Shown here: in pieces, positions 41,822-50,072 of the stretch | Layout of the letters: every line of letters starts with the position of its first letter | Numbering within the stretch: the first letter of the stretch is position 1 | Assembly (NCBI GenBank): GCA_045130875.1 | Contig: JBGUQI010000022.1 | Span: forward strand, 22,125 to 86,124 | Source: Bacilli bacterium | GTDB lineage: Bacteria > Bacillota_I > Bacilli_A > RFN20 > CAG-826 | Length of the DNA stretch: 64,000 bases | Direction of reading: 5' to 3' | Translations under genes and position numbers: made by a program | Notes under the pieces: model-generated | What the model saw: only the letters and a program-made list of their open reading frames with translations | What the model was told of the DNA's origin: nothing | Databases searched by the model: none

Positions 41822-44503
41822 TTATTTTACTTCTTTCTTTTTGCGGAGGAAGAAGTATGCTCCGACAACGGTCATGGTAACCATTGAGATAGCCACTAAT
41901 GCATAGATTGAAGCGGAATTATTAGAGATTTTTAACGGAATAATTCTATTTGAATTAATTGATCTGGTAATAAAATTATCTAGTCCATAATTCGCAACAA
42001 TAATATCATATCTAGCAACAGCTTCCTCGGCGGCATTACCAGTTTTGTTTGCTGTTAATGTTTTCAAGGAATTTTGGGATGTAGATGTGATGTTTTCAAA
42101 TACAGTTTCACAATTAGACCATGTATCACTTGATACACCATTACCTAAAGCACATTCATCTTTTGTTAATTCAAGGAATGCATTGCCCCATCCAATTAAT
42201 TCATCGCTTAAAGGAATAACTTCAATTACTATAGAAGCGGCATAGATTCTGGCTGTTGTAACTTCTAACTGGAAGGATTGTTTCAAAGGATAATAGCGAT
42301 GTGTCGTAAATGAGTCATCTATTATCTCCTCAACAAAACCTCCACAAGATACAAGTGGAGTCTCGGTTGTTGTGTGTCGTTTTAATGAAATCGAAACTTT
42401 GGAAATAATAGAATTACTATCATTTAGACCAATATTTAAAACGCTTGTTCCACTACCTGGGAAGAACATTATTTCCGTTTCGTGTCCTGAAGCACCCAAT
42501 CTAATATTAGATGAAGTTGCAACAGTAAAAACGCTTGAATTAAAGCCACTAATTAAAGAAGTGTTGGCCCAATCTTGGGTTCCAACGGAAGCTGTATATG
42601 TTGTGGTATTTGATTTCAAAACATATCTTGTTCCGCCTTCAAATTCTTTGTAATGGACAACAATACTAGAAAGACCAACCGTATCTGAAAGAGAAGTAAC
42701 CTTTACAGGAAATCCACCATCTGTTGGAGTAATTGTAACATCAGTTCCATCAGCAGCGGCCGAACCGTTGGAGTAAGTACTTCCTGATAAAGTGGTTGCA
42801 TATCCAGCAGATGTTGCAGTAGCAACAACTTTAACTATTTCATAGTTTGTAGGAGTTGCAAATTCAAGTGTTCCATATTTATAAAAACGAGTTGATGTTC
42901 TATCTGGAGGACAATAGTTATTAGTAGCAGTGCCTGCACCACCTTTTTCTGCTAAAACTGAAGCCTTAGGTGAATTCCATTCCATTTTGCTCGCAGTAGC
43001 TTCATCATAAGAAACTTTAGTTAAATCCCATGTAATTGTTTTTGCATTTGTGTCATCCACATATTTCTGTGCAGCTTGAACCCATTGAGCATAAAGAGTT
43101 ACGTTTGATGAGATTGTAAATGTAGCGTTGGGATTATAACTTGTTCCACTATCATTTGACGCGGTGTTCCAATGATCAAAATCATAACCGCTCTTTGTAA
43201 ATGAGTTAGCTAGGACAGTCACGGTAGCACCAGATGCGTATGGAGAATGAATATCAGTCATTGTTCCCGAACCACCATTTGAGTCATATGTGACTGAATA
43301 AGTAGTAACTGGAGTTCCACTTGCAGCATATTCAACATATAAATAAGAGATATCATGTTTATCTCCGTATGTATTTAGGAATAAAACTGAAGAAGCTGAC
43401 AAATTCGATAATGAATAAACATTGAAATTGCCACTAACCTCAGAGGTCAAAGCACTTTGTGAGCCATTATCGATAGAGCACTGGAAAGAATCGGCTCTAT
43501 TGGTTTTAAGAATAATTGCTTTAATAATGTAGCCCGTTGCGGCAGAAACCGTCAATTCACCACCAGTTGTTTTCCCAGAATCTGGTTTATACAATCTAAG
43601 GCTGCCACTGCTGATAAATGGAGCTGTTGTTCCGTCACCTTTTTCAGCAAGATAACTCACCTTTTCATTGGTATTAGGAACAAAACCACTAACAGCACTA
43701 AAGGAAGTAATCTCACCTGATAGCGGTCTATCACCTAAATCTATAACAGTCCATGTATAGGACTTTGTGACATTGGGGGTAGTACTAGTATCTGTATAAG
43801 AGGCCGTTAATTCCAACTCATCCATATCAATAGCCCATGTCAGTGCGCTATTTGATAAAGCCACATCCTTGCTCCAAGAAGAGTTAGAAGCGGATGTATA
43901 GTGGGCTTTTAAGCTTGCGCCAGTATAATCAATATCAGAATTAGTTGCATCGTTGTAATAACTTAAATTAGTTGGATTGCTATCAGCGATAAGAGAATCT
44001 AATTTCGCATCAGCGGGATCTGAAGCACCATAAGTATAAGTAATTATAATGTTATTCCATCTGGTTTGAGCAGTTGGTGTAAAGGTAAATTCGGTCGGAT
44101 TTGTTGAAAATGACCAAGTGACGTTCTTGCCTGACACAGTCGGAGTAACTGATGGTGAAACAGTCGCATTTTGTGCAGCAGTAACATAAGTGCCCGTTGA
44201 ACTAGCTTCATAAGTAACAGAATTCAATGATGACCCACCAATTGCATTAATTGTAATTGTGACATTAGCATATGCTCTTGCTGGGCTGGTGTAGGAATTT
44301 GTTGAAGAGGTTTTAATGGTAATATAGGAATTTAAACTTTCAGCAGTATCTGATAAAGCGGAAGTTCCTGCTCTAGTAATTGAGCCGGTGTCAGCTTTTG
44401 CTTCTTTTGCTTCTTGATTACCCGCAGCAACACCGACACCAACGCCTGTGGCTAAGGATAATCCTAAGCATACACCTACGATTTTTGAGATTAAATTGTT
44501 CAT
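41822..44503 (-). CDS. large surface protein (893 aa), paralog-like of 38878..41631; contains a Listeria-Bacteroides repeat and a C-terminal TM anchor
   Basis: Signal peptide with an AKA site. YSVTYDSNGGSG...GYDFDHWNT...VTLYAQW repeat. C-terminus ISNNSASIYAL..TM..FFLRKKKEVK. Confidence 0.8.
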   Translation of the reverse strand: MNNLISKIVGVCLGLSLATGVGVGVAAGNQEAKEAKADTGSITRAGTSALSDTAESLNSYITIKTSSTNSYTSPARAYANVTITINAIGGSSLNSVTYEASSTGTYVTAAQNATVSPSVTPTVSGKNVTWSFSTNPTEFTFTPTAQTRWNNIIITYTYGASDPADAKLDSLIADSNPTNLSYYNDATNSDIDYTGASLKAHYTSASNSSWSKDVALSNSALTWAIDMDELELTASYTDTSTTPNVTKSYTWTVIDLGDRPLSGEITSFSAVSGFVPNTNEKVSYLAEKGDGTTAPFISSGSLRLYKPDSGKTTGGELTVSAATGYIIKAIILKTNRADSFQCSIDNGSQSALTSEVSGNFNVYSLSNLSASSVLFLNTYGDKHDISYLYVEYAASGTPVTTYSVTYDSNGGSGTMTDIHSPYASGATVTVLANSFTKSGYDFDHWNTASNDSGTSYNPNATFTISSNVTLYAQWVQAAQKYVDDTNAKTITWDLTKVSYDEATASKMEWNSPKASVLAEKGGAGTATNNYCPPDRTSTRFYKYGTLEFATPTNYEIVKVVATATSAGYATTLSGSTYSNGSAAADGTDVTITPTDGGFPVKVTSLSDTVGLSSIVVHYKEFEGGTRYVLKSNTTTYTASVGTQDWANTSLISGFNSSVFTVATSSNIRLGASGHETEIMFFPGSGTSVLNIGLNDSNSIISKVSISLKRHTTTETPLVSCGGFVEEIIDDSFTTHRYYPLKQSFQLEVTTARIYAASIVIEVIPLSDELIGWGNAFLELTKDECALGNGVSSDTWSNCETVFENITSTSQNSLKTLTANKTGNAAEEAVARYDIIVANYGLDNFITRSINSNRIIPLKISNNSASIYALVAISMVTMTVVGAYFFLRKKKEVK

Positions 44504-44613
44504 ATATAAATTTCTCCTTTCTTTTAAATCCCCTGCCCTTTGGCAGTGGGAGCGAACAAGACTAAGTCTTATCGGAGTTCTTTATATATGAGATACTTTG
44601 GCCATTAATATCT

Positions 44614-44645
44614 TAAAACAAAAAACTCGATTAAAAACTTAATCG
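44614..44645 (-). promoter_or_regulatory. terminator-like hairpin inside the ~190-nt leader of the surface protein gene (candidate attenuator)
   Basis: On the minus strand: CGATTAA-gttt-TTAATCG followed by agTTTTTTgTTTT. It lies downstream of a candidate promoter, TTGTAA-18-TAATAT. Confidence 0.3.
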
Positions 44646-44729
44646 CAAATAATAATATATTATTAGGACCCTGCTTACAAGATAAATATATTTATATATT
44701 AGGTACTTCTAACCTATATTTACAATAAA

Positions 44730-44758
44730 CAAAAAGAAGTGATTTTTAAGTCACTTCT
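44730..44758 (-). terminator. rho-independent terminator after the flavodiiron gene
   Basis: Stem agaagtga/tcacttct followed by a T5 run on the minus strand. Confidence 0.65.
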
Positions 44759-44843
44759 CTTAATTTTGTTCGATTATTTCACTATTTTTTATGAAATGAT
44801 TCTTATTGTTTATATTAACAATACAATAGGATGATAAAACTTT

Positions 44844-46634
44844 TTATAGCTTTTCGAAATCGGAAGCACCATGTTTACAAAGTGGGCAGATGAAGTCTTC
44901 AGGGAGTTCATCTCCTTCATAGACATAACCACAGACTTTGCAGACATAACCCTTCTTCTTTTCTTCTGGTTTTGGTTTCACATTAGCTTGGTAATAGTTA
45001 TATGTTAATGTGGGATTGTTATTGAGCTTTTTAGCTTCAATAACTTTGCAGATAAACATACCATGTGTTTCTAGATCAACATAGCTTTCAACTTCTAAGG
45101 ATAAGACTGCATTAATGTGAGAAGAGAGGACCACTAGTCCATTGCTACTTCTCTCCACTTCTTCACCTTCGAATTTGTTCACATCTCTACCAGAGACAAA
45201 ACCATACTTCTTGATTAAATCAAAAGTGGTATCTTGGGTTAAGATGTTGACGTTCATCTTCTTGGTTTTTCTTACGACATCATGAGTGTAGTTAGCTTTG
45301 TTAATATTAACCGCCACTCTAAAGGGTTTATCAGTTAACTGTGTGACAGTGTTAACAATCATACCGTTATCTTTATTACCATCATTAGAGGTAACGACAT
45401 ATAGACCATATTCAATCTTGAATAAAGCGGTTTGATCAAAGATTTTTTGTTCTTTGATTTCTTTTCTGGCTTTATATTCTTCAGATAAAGCATTACCTAA
45501 TTGTTCTAATTGCCCTAATGATTTCTCATCTAAAGATGAAGTAATGGTAACAACTGGATTTAAGAGATTAATATTCTTAGAATTTGCTAATTTATCTTTA
45601 ATGATACGTGCGGCCATTGGAGCCCAGGTGCCATTTTCAATAACACCTAAAGTCTTATTTTGGAAGTTCCTCTCTACGAGATGTTCGATGAAGGCATTCA
45701 TAAAGGGGAAGATAGAGGCATTATATGTCGTTGTGGCTAAGACAATCTTAGAATATCTAAAAGCATCTTCTACGCATTCCGCCATATCTTCTCTAGCTAA
45801 ATCATTAACGGCAATCTTGGGGCAACCATTTTCTTCTAATTGTGCAGCGAGTTTTAATACTGCTTCTTTTGTGTGGCCATATACTGAGGTATAGAAAATG
45901 GCAACACCATCAGTTTCTGGTTGATAAGATGACCAGATATTATAGAGATTTAAATAATATCCTAAATCATGGTCTAAGATTGGTCCATGTAATGGACATA
46001 TTCTTTGAATATCGAGATTAGCGGCTTTCTTTAATAAAGCTTGTACTTGCGCGCCGTATTTACCGACGATACCGATATAGTAACGTCTGGCTTCACAAGC
46101 CCATTCTTCTTCCACATCTAAGGCTCCGAATTTACCAAAGCCATCCGCGGAGAATAAAGTCTTTTCTTTATCATCATAGGTGACCATTACTTCTGGCCAG
46201 TGCACCATTGGTGCAAAGACAAAAGTTAAGGTATGGCTACCGAGATTTAAGGTATCTAATTCATTAACCACTAATTTGTGTTTGATTTCCTTATGGAAGA
46301 ATTGATCCATCATCTTGAAGGTCTTCATATTACCGATGACAAAGGTATCGGGATAGACTTCTAAGAATCTCATGATATTCGCGGAGTGGTCTGGTTCCAT
46401 ATGTTGAACCACTAAGTAATGGGGTTTTTCTTTGCCTAATACTTCTTTGATATTAGCGATCCACTCTTCGAAGAAACGGACATCGACAGTGTCCATCACG
46501 GCGATTAATTCATCTTTGATGATATAGGAGTTATAAGCCATTCCATTAGGAACGACATATTGACCTTCAAATAAGTCGATGTCGTGGTCGTTGACACCGA
46601 CATAATATAATTCGCTAGATAATTTCTTAAACAT
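44844..46634 (-). CDS. multidomain flavodiiron protein: metallo-beta-lactamase-like + flavodoxin-like + flavin reductase-like + rubredoxin
   Basis: 596 aa. Di-iron motif HMEPDH; flavodoxin-like VAIFYTSVYGHTKE; flavin-reductase-like YVVTSNDGNKDNGMIVNTV; C-terminal CKVCGY..CPLC. Confidence 0.85.
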   Translation of the reverse strand: MFKKLSSELYYVGVNDHDIDLFEGQYVVPNGMAYNSYIIKDELIAVMDTVDVRFFEEWIANIKEVLGKEKPHYLVVQHMEPDHSANIMRFLEVYPDTFVIGNMKTFKMMDQFFHKEIKHKLVVNELDTLNLGSHTLTFVFAPMVHWPEVMVTYDDKEKTLFSADGFGKFGALDVEEEWACEARRYYIGIVGKYGAQVQALLKKAANLDIQRICPLHGPILDHDLGYYLNLYNIWSSYQPETDGVAIFYTSVYGHTKEAVLKLAAQLEENGCPKIAVNDLAREDMAECVEDAFRYSKIVLATTTYNASIFPFMNAFIEHLVERNFQNKTLGVIENGTWAPMAARIIKDKLANSKNINLLNPVVTITSSLDEKSLGQLEQLGNALSEEYKARKEIKEQKIFDQTALFKIEYGLYVVTSNDGNKDNGMIVNTVTQLTDKPFRVAVNINKANYTHDVVRKTKKMNVNILTQDTTFDLIKKYGFVSGRDVNKFEGEEVERSSNGLVVLSSHINAVLSLEVESYVDLETHGMFICKVIEAKKLNNNPTLTYNYYQANVKPKPEEKKKGYVCKVCGYVYEGDELPEDFICPLCKHGASDFEKL

Positions 46635-46637
46635 ATT

Positions 46638-47138
46638 TTATAGAACCTTCAATAACCAAGCTTTTAAAGTTTCATCGCATTTATCCGCTTCATATCCACG
46701 ACAGGCAAATCCAGTTTTGATAATCGCGCCTTTCGCGGATGATTTTAATTCGGATTCCGCAAATCCCATCGCCCCTTCTTCATTCGTGCAGAAAGGAATG
46801 ATGACTTTACCAAAGAAGTTATGGTCTTTGATAAAGGTAGCGATAATACGTGGATAGGTTCTCCACCAGTTGGGGAAACCGAGGAATATCACATCGTATT
46901 CATCTAATGATTCTTTCTCATTATGATACTTGACCCAACCTTCACTATTCGCGCGCTTCACACATTCACTATAAGAAAATGGATAGGGTTCTTCAGGTTC
47001 TAGTTTCCATAATTCAGCATCCGTGTATTTAGCGATCTTCTCAGCGACGATTTCGGTATAACCTTTTTCAATCACTTCAATCTCACCATTGACGGAGTTT
47101 TCTCCAGTTCTAGAGAAATAGACAATTAGTTTTTTCAT
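46638..47138 (-). CDS. flavodoxin family protein
   Basis: 166 aa. N-terminus KKLIVYFSRTGEN. Confidence 0.75.
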   Translation of the reverse strand: MKKLIVYFSRTGENSVNGEIEVIEKGYTEIVAEKIAKYTDAELWKLEPEEPYPFSYSECVKRANSEGWVKYHNEKESLDEYDVIFLGFPNWWRTYPRIIATFIKDHNFFGKVIIPFCTNEEGAMGFAESELKSSAKGAIIKTGFACRGYEADKCDETLKAWLLKVL

Positions 47139-47210
47139 ATTATTATATGTCTCCTCTTATCATTATTAATGATATGTTAAAACCTAATATTTATAAAGAA
47201 AAATGGAGAA

Positions 47211-48308
47211 TTATTTCTCCACTTCTTCTCTATATGTATCATGGGTCTCTAGGTTATATATTTCCGATATCCACATTATCGTATGACTATTATTCTTTCC
47301 AATATTCGTAATTTGATGTGTGTATCCCACACGGATATTAACGGGATGAGGTTTATCACCACTGACGACATCTACGACCATCTCATTAGTCTTAATATCT
47401 CTCTGTTTAATTTCACATTTACCAATGACTGTATAGAATATTTCTTTTTTATAAGTATGATAATGTCCACCTTTGGTGATTCCAGGATAGGCGACATTAT
47501 CACTTATCTGTCCCCACTTCTTGGATTTATATAATTCTTCAAAGGAACCTCTATTATCACTAGCATAATTAAAGCTATATCCTTCATCGGATAGATAATC
47601 GCAGAATGTCTTAAATAACTTCAATTCAAATTCATCATGGATAATCGGTAAGTGTCTATCTGATTCTATTTCTTTTTTAAAGTAATAGAGTAAATCCGCG
47701 AGATGCCCTAAAGAACAATCATATGTGGGGTTCACATATAATATTTCTTTAGATGGTTTAATCTCAAGATTAATACATCTCATAAAGGTATCGACGATAT
47801 CATCAACATAGTTATAGTGAACGACATATTCTCTATCTCTAATAGAGATATCTAAATCATGAGCGATGTTATAGCAGAATGTCGCCGCTGCAGAATTATA
47901 ATTTGGCCTGCACCACTTTCCAAATACATTAGCGAGTCTAAAGATATAAACTGGTAATCCAGAAGATAATAAATAATCTTCACCCATCTTTTTGGATTTG
48001 CCATAATCATTATCTAAGCTAGCTTGAATAGAGCTAGACATAATGATAGGTATTTCTTTTTTACTTTCTTTGACTAAGTCAATAAGATGCTTAGTAAAGT
48101 TAGAATTACCATCATAGAATTCTTCAATAGTCAAAGGACGATTGATACCAGCGAGATGGATGATAAAATCCGCTTGAGAGATATAATCTCTTAAGTCATC
48201 ATCATTCTTATCCAAATCAAAAGGCAAAACCTTAAATCCTAAGCGATTTAATCTTAAGCAGGTATGTTTACCAATAAATCCGTTGCTACCAGTAACTAAT
48301 ATATTCAT
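47211..48308 (-). CDS. capF: CapF/FnlB-like bifunctional SDR + cupin enzyme (UDP-L-FucNAc pathway)
   Basis: Start moved to MNILVTGSNGFIGKH (48308). N-terminal Rossmann SDR and C-terminal cupin-like region (GGHYHTYK..EIFYTV). About 366 aa, the same architecture as CapF. Confidence 0.7.
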   Translation of the reverse strand: MNILVTGSNGFIGKHTCLRLNRLGFKVLPFDLDKNDDDLRDYISQADFIIHLAGINRPLTIEEFYDGNSNFTKHLIDLVKESKKEIPIIMSSSIQASLDNDYGKSKKMGEDYLLSSGLPVYIFRLANVFGKWCRPNYNSAAATFCYNIAHDLDISIRDREYVVHYNYVDDIVDTFMRCINLEIKPSKEILYVNPTYDCSLGHLADLLYYFKKEIESDRHLPIIHDEFELKLFKTFCDYLSDEGYSFNYASDNRGSFEELYKSKKWGQISDNVAYPGITKGGHYHTYKKEIFYTVIGKCEIKQRDIKTNEMVVDVVSGDKPHPVNIRVGYTHQITNIGKNNSHTIMWISEIYNLETHDTYREEVEK

Positions 48309-48318
48309 ATTTAAAATA

Positions 48319-48609
48319 TTAAACTTGCCTTGAATCATGGAAATATTCAACGCAAACTGTATCTTTTTCAATACAATAAAGGATAAAATAGCGGCCCTTG
48401 CCAATAATCATTTTTCTTTCTTCTTCGTCAGAAACTTGATATGTAGGATCAACCGGATAACGAAAAGGCATGGTTTTTAATGAATCAACAGACTCATTTA
48501 TCTCTTTATACAAGTTTTCAGCGGCTTCCAAAGAGACGTTTTTTAAAAAATCGATTGATTCTAGTATTTGAGAATATGCAATAGGCTCAATACGAATTTT
48601 ATATTCCAT
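48319..48609 (-). CDS. type II toxin, RelE/ParE family
   Basis: 96 aa. Separated by 1 nt from the upstream antitoxin. The C-terminal YFILYCIEKDTVCVEYFHDSR pattern is typical of ParE/RelE toxins. Confidence 0.7.
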   Translation of the reverse strand: MEYKIRIEPIAYSQILESIDFLKNVSLEAAENLYKEINESVDSLKTMPFRYPVDPTYQVSDEEERKMIIGKGRYFILYCIEKDTVCVEYFHDSRQV

Positions 48610-48610
48610 A

Positions 48611-48874
48611 TTATTTATTGAGAAGTTGATTAATGGCTTCGTTTAATTCCTCTAAGGAATAGCCTTTAATGCCATTGAGTCTTGCAAGCTTAGCTTCCAA
48701 AAGTTTTTCTTTAATTTTAAGAATGTTTTCTCTCTCTTCGTATGCTTTCAATGACATGACAACTAAATCGCCCTCACCATTCTTGGTGAGAAAAACTGGT
48801 TTTCCTGTAGTTTTGCAATACTCGGATATTTCGTTATATTGGTTTCTTAATGAAGTTGAAGATTTGATTTCCAT
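48611..48874 (-). CDS. type II antitoxin, Phd/YefM family
   Basis: 87 aa. N-terminus ...SSTSLRNQYNEISEYCKTTGKPVFLTKNGEGDLVVMSLKAYE is typical of Phd/YefM. Confidence 0.75.
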   Translation of the reverse strand: MEIKSSTSLRNQYNEISEYCKTTGKPVFLTKNGEGDLVVMSLKAYEERENILKIKEKLLEAKLARLNGIKGYSLEELNEAINQLLNK

Positions 48875-48899
48875 AGTCTATTTCTCCTTTGCTGATATA

Positions 48900-48927
48900 A
48901 TTCTATCATTATTTTGATATTTATGAA
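48900..48927 (-). promoter_or_regulatory. candidate promoter of the toxin-antitoxin pair
   Basis: Minus strand TTCATA-16-TGaTAGAAT (extended -10), between the capG stop and the antitoxin SD. Confidence 0.4.
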
Positions 48928-48930
48928 AGG

Positions 48931-50058
48931 CTATTTATTCCAAATCTCTTTATTCACCACAGCGATTTTCTCTTTGATAATCTTTAAGACTCTACTAGAG
49001 ACATCAGTGACATCATAGTTCTCTGGGCATTTCGCAAACTTATATCTCATGAGTTCGGTATCAATCGCTAATAAGATACCTTTCTTATCGATGCCAGAGA
49101 CGATGATTGAACCCGCTTCCACACCTTCTGGTCTTTCCGTACTAGTTCTAATGAGAACTGCGGGGAAATGTCTCATCCATGATTCTTCCGTTAATGTTCC
49201 AGAATCACTTAAGACGATAAAAGCATTCTCTTGTAATTTCACATATTCTAAGAAACCTAATGGTTTGAGGTTTCTCACTAAGGGATGCATCTTAAATTTA
49301 TTAATCTCTAATCTCTTCTTCGTCCTTGGATGAGTGGAGAAGATGACGGGCATTTGATATTTTTCCGCGATATCGTTAATCGCCGGCATTAATTGATTGA
49401 AATTCTTTTCAATATCGATGTTTTCTTCTCGATGAGAAGAGACAACGATGTATTTCCCTTTTTCTAATCCCATATCCTCTAAGACTTTAGAGGCTTCAAT
49501 CTTCTCGTTATTAGCGTTTAAAACTTCTAGCATCGGAGAACCAGTGATGAAGGTATATTCCTTTTCAATACCTTCTTTCATTAAATTCGCATATGCGTGC
49601 TCGGTATAAGGAAGATTGATATCACTGATATGATCCACTATCTTTCTATTGATGGTTTCTGGAACATTCCAGTCCCCACATCTATTACCCGCTTCCATAT
49701 GGAAGATGGGGAGTTTGAGTCTTTTCGCGGATATCGCACAAAGTGCGCTATTAGTGTCACCTAAGATTAAAACCGCATCGGGATTTAATTGTTTTAATAA
49801 ATCATATGATTTCGCAATCGCGTTACCGATGGTTTCCCCTAAATGTGCACCCGCACAATTAAGATAATAATCGGGGGCTCTTAATTCTAATTCTTCAAAG
49901 AAGACTTGGTTTAATTCATAGTCATAGTTCTGACCAGTATGAACGAGGATGTGTTCAATCTCTTCATCTCTATCTAAAGCTTTAATCACTTCCGATAGTC
50001 TGATGATTTCTGGTCTAGTACCGATGATGGTCACTACTCTAATTAATTTCTTTTTCAT
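48931..50058 (-). CDS. capG: UDP-N-acetylglucosamine 2-epimerase (non-hydrolysing), CapG/FnlC-like
   Basis: Start at MKKKLIRVVTIIGTRPEIIRL (50058) after GGGGGT. Epimerase_2 motifs are present throughout. Confidence 0.85.
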   Translation of the reverse strand: MKKKLIRVVTIIGTRPEIIRLSEVIKALDRDEEIEHILVHTGQNYDYELNQVFFEELELRAPDYYLNCAGAHLGETIGNAIAKSYDLLKQLNPDAVLILGDTNSALCAISAKRLKLPIFHMEAGNRCGDWNVPETINRKIVDHISDINLPYTEHAYANLMKEGIEKEYTFITGSPMLEVLNANNEKIEASKVLEDMGLEKGKYIVVSSHREENIDIEKNFNQLMPAINDIAEKYQMPVIFSTHPRTKKRLEINKFKMHPLVRNLKPLGFLEYVKLQENAFIVLSDSGTLTEESWMRHFPAVLIRTSTERPEGVEAGSIIVSGIDKKGILLAIDTELMRYKFAKCPENYDVTDVSSRVLKIIKEKIAVVNKEIWNK

Positions 50059-50072
50059 CGTTATTACCCCCA

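Noticed and set aside
47211-48404. Long N-terminal extensions offered by the ORF track. Examples are capF to 48404, pfk to 14003, glpK to 18605, patatin to 24250, the oxidoreductase to 32493, and 60683 for the 60842 gene.
   Set aside because: Internal ATG codons with SDs, or codons positioned right after the upstream stop, give canonical N-termini (GxGxxG, QGTTSSR and so on). The extensions overlap upstream genes or promoters.
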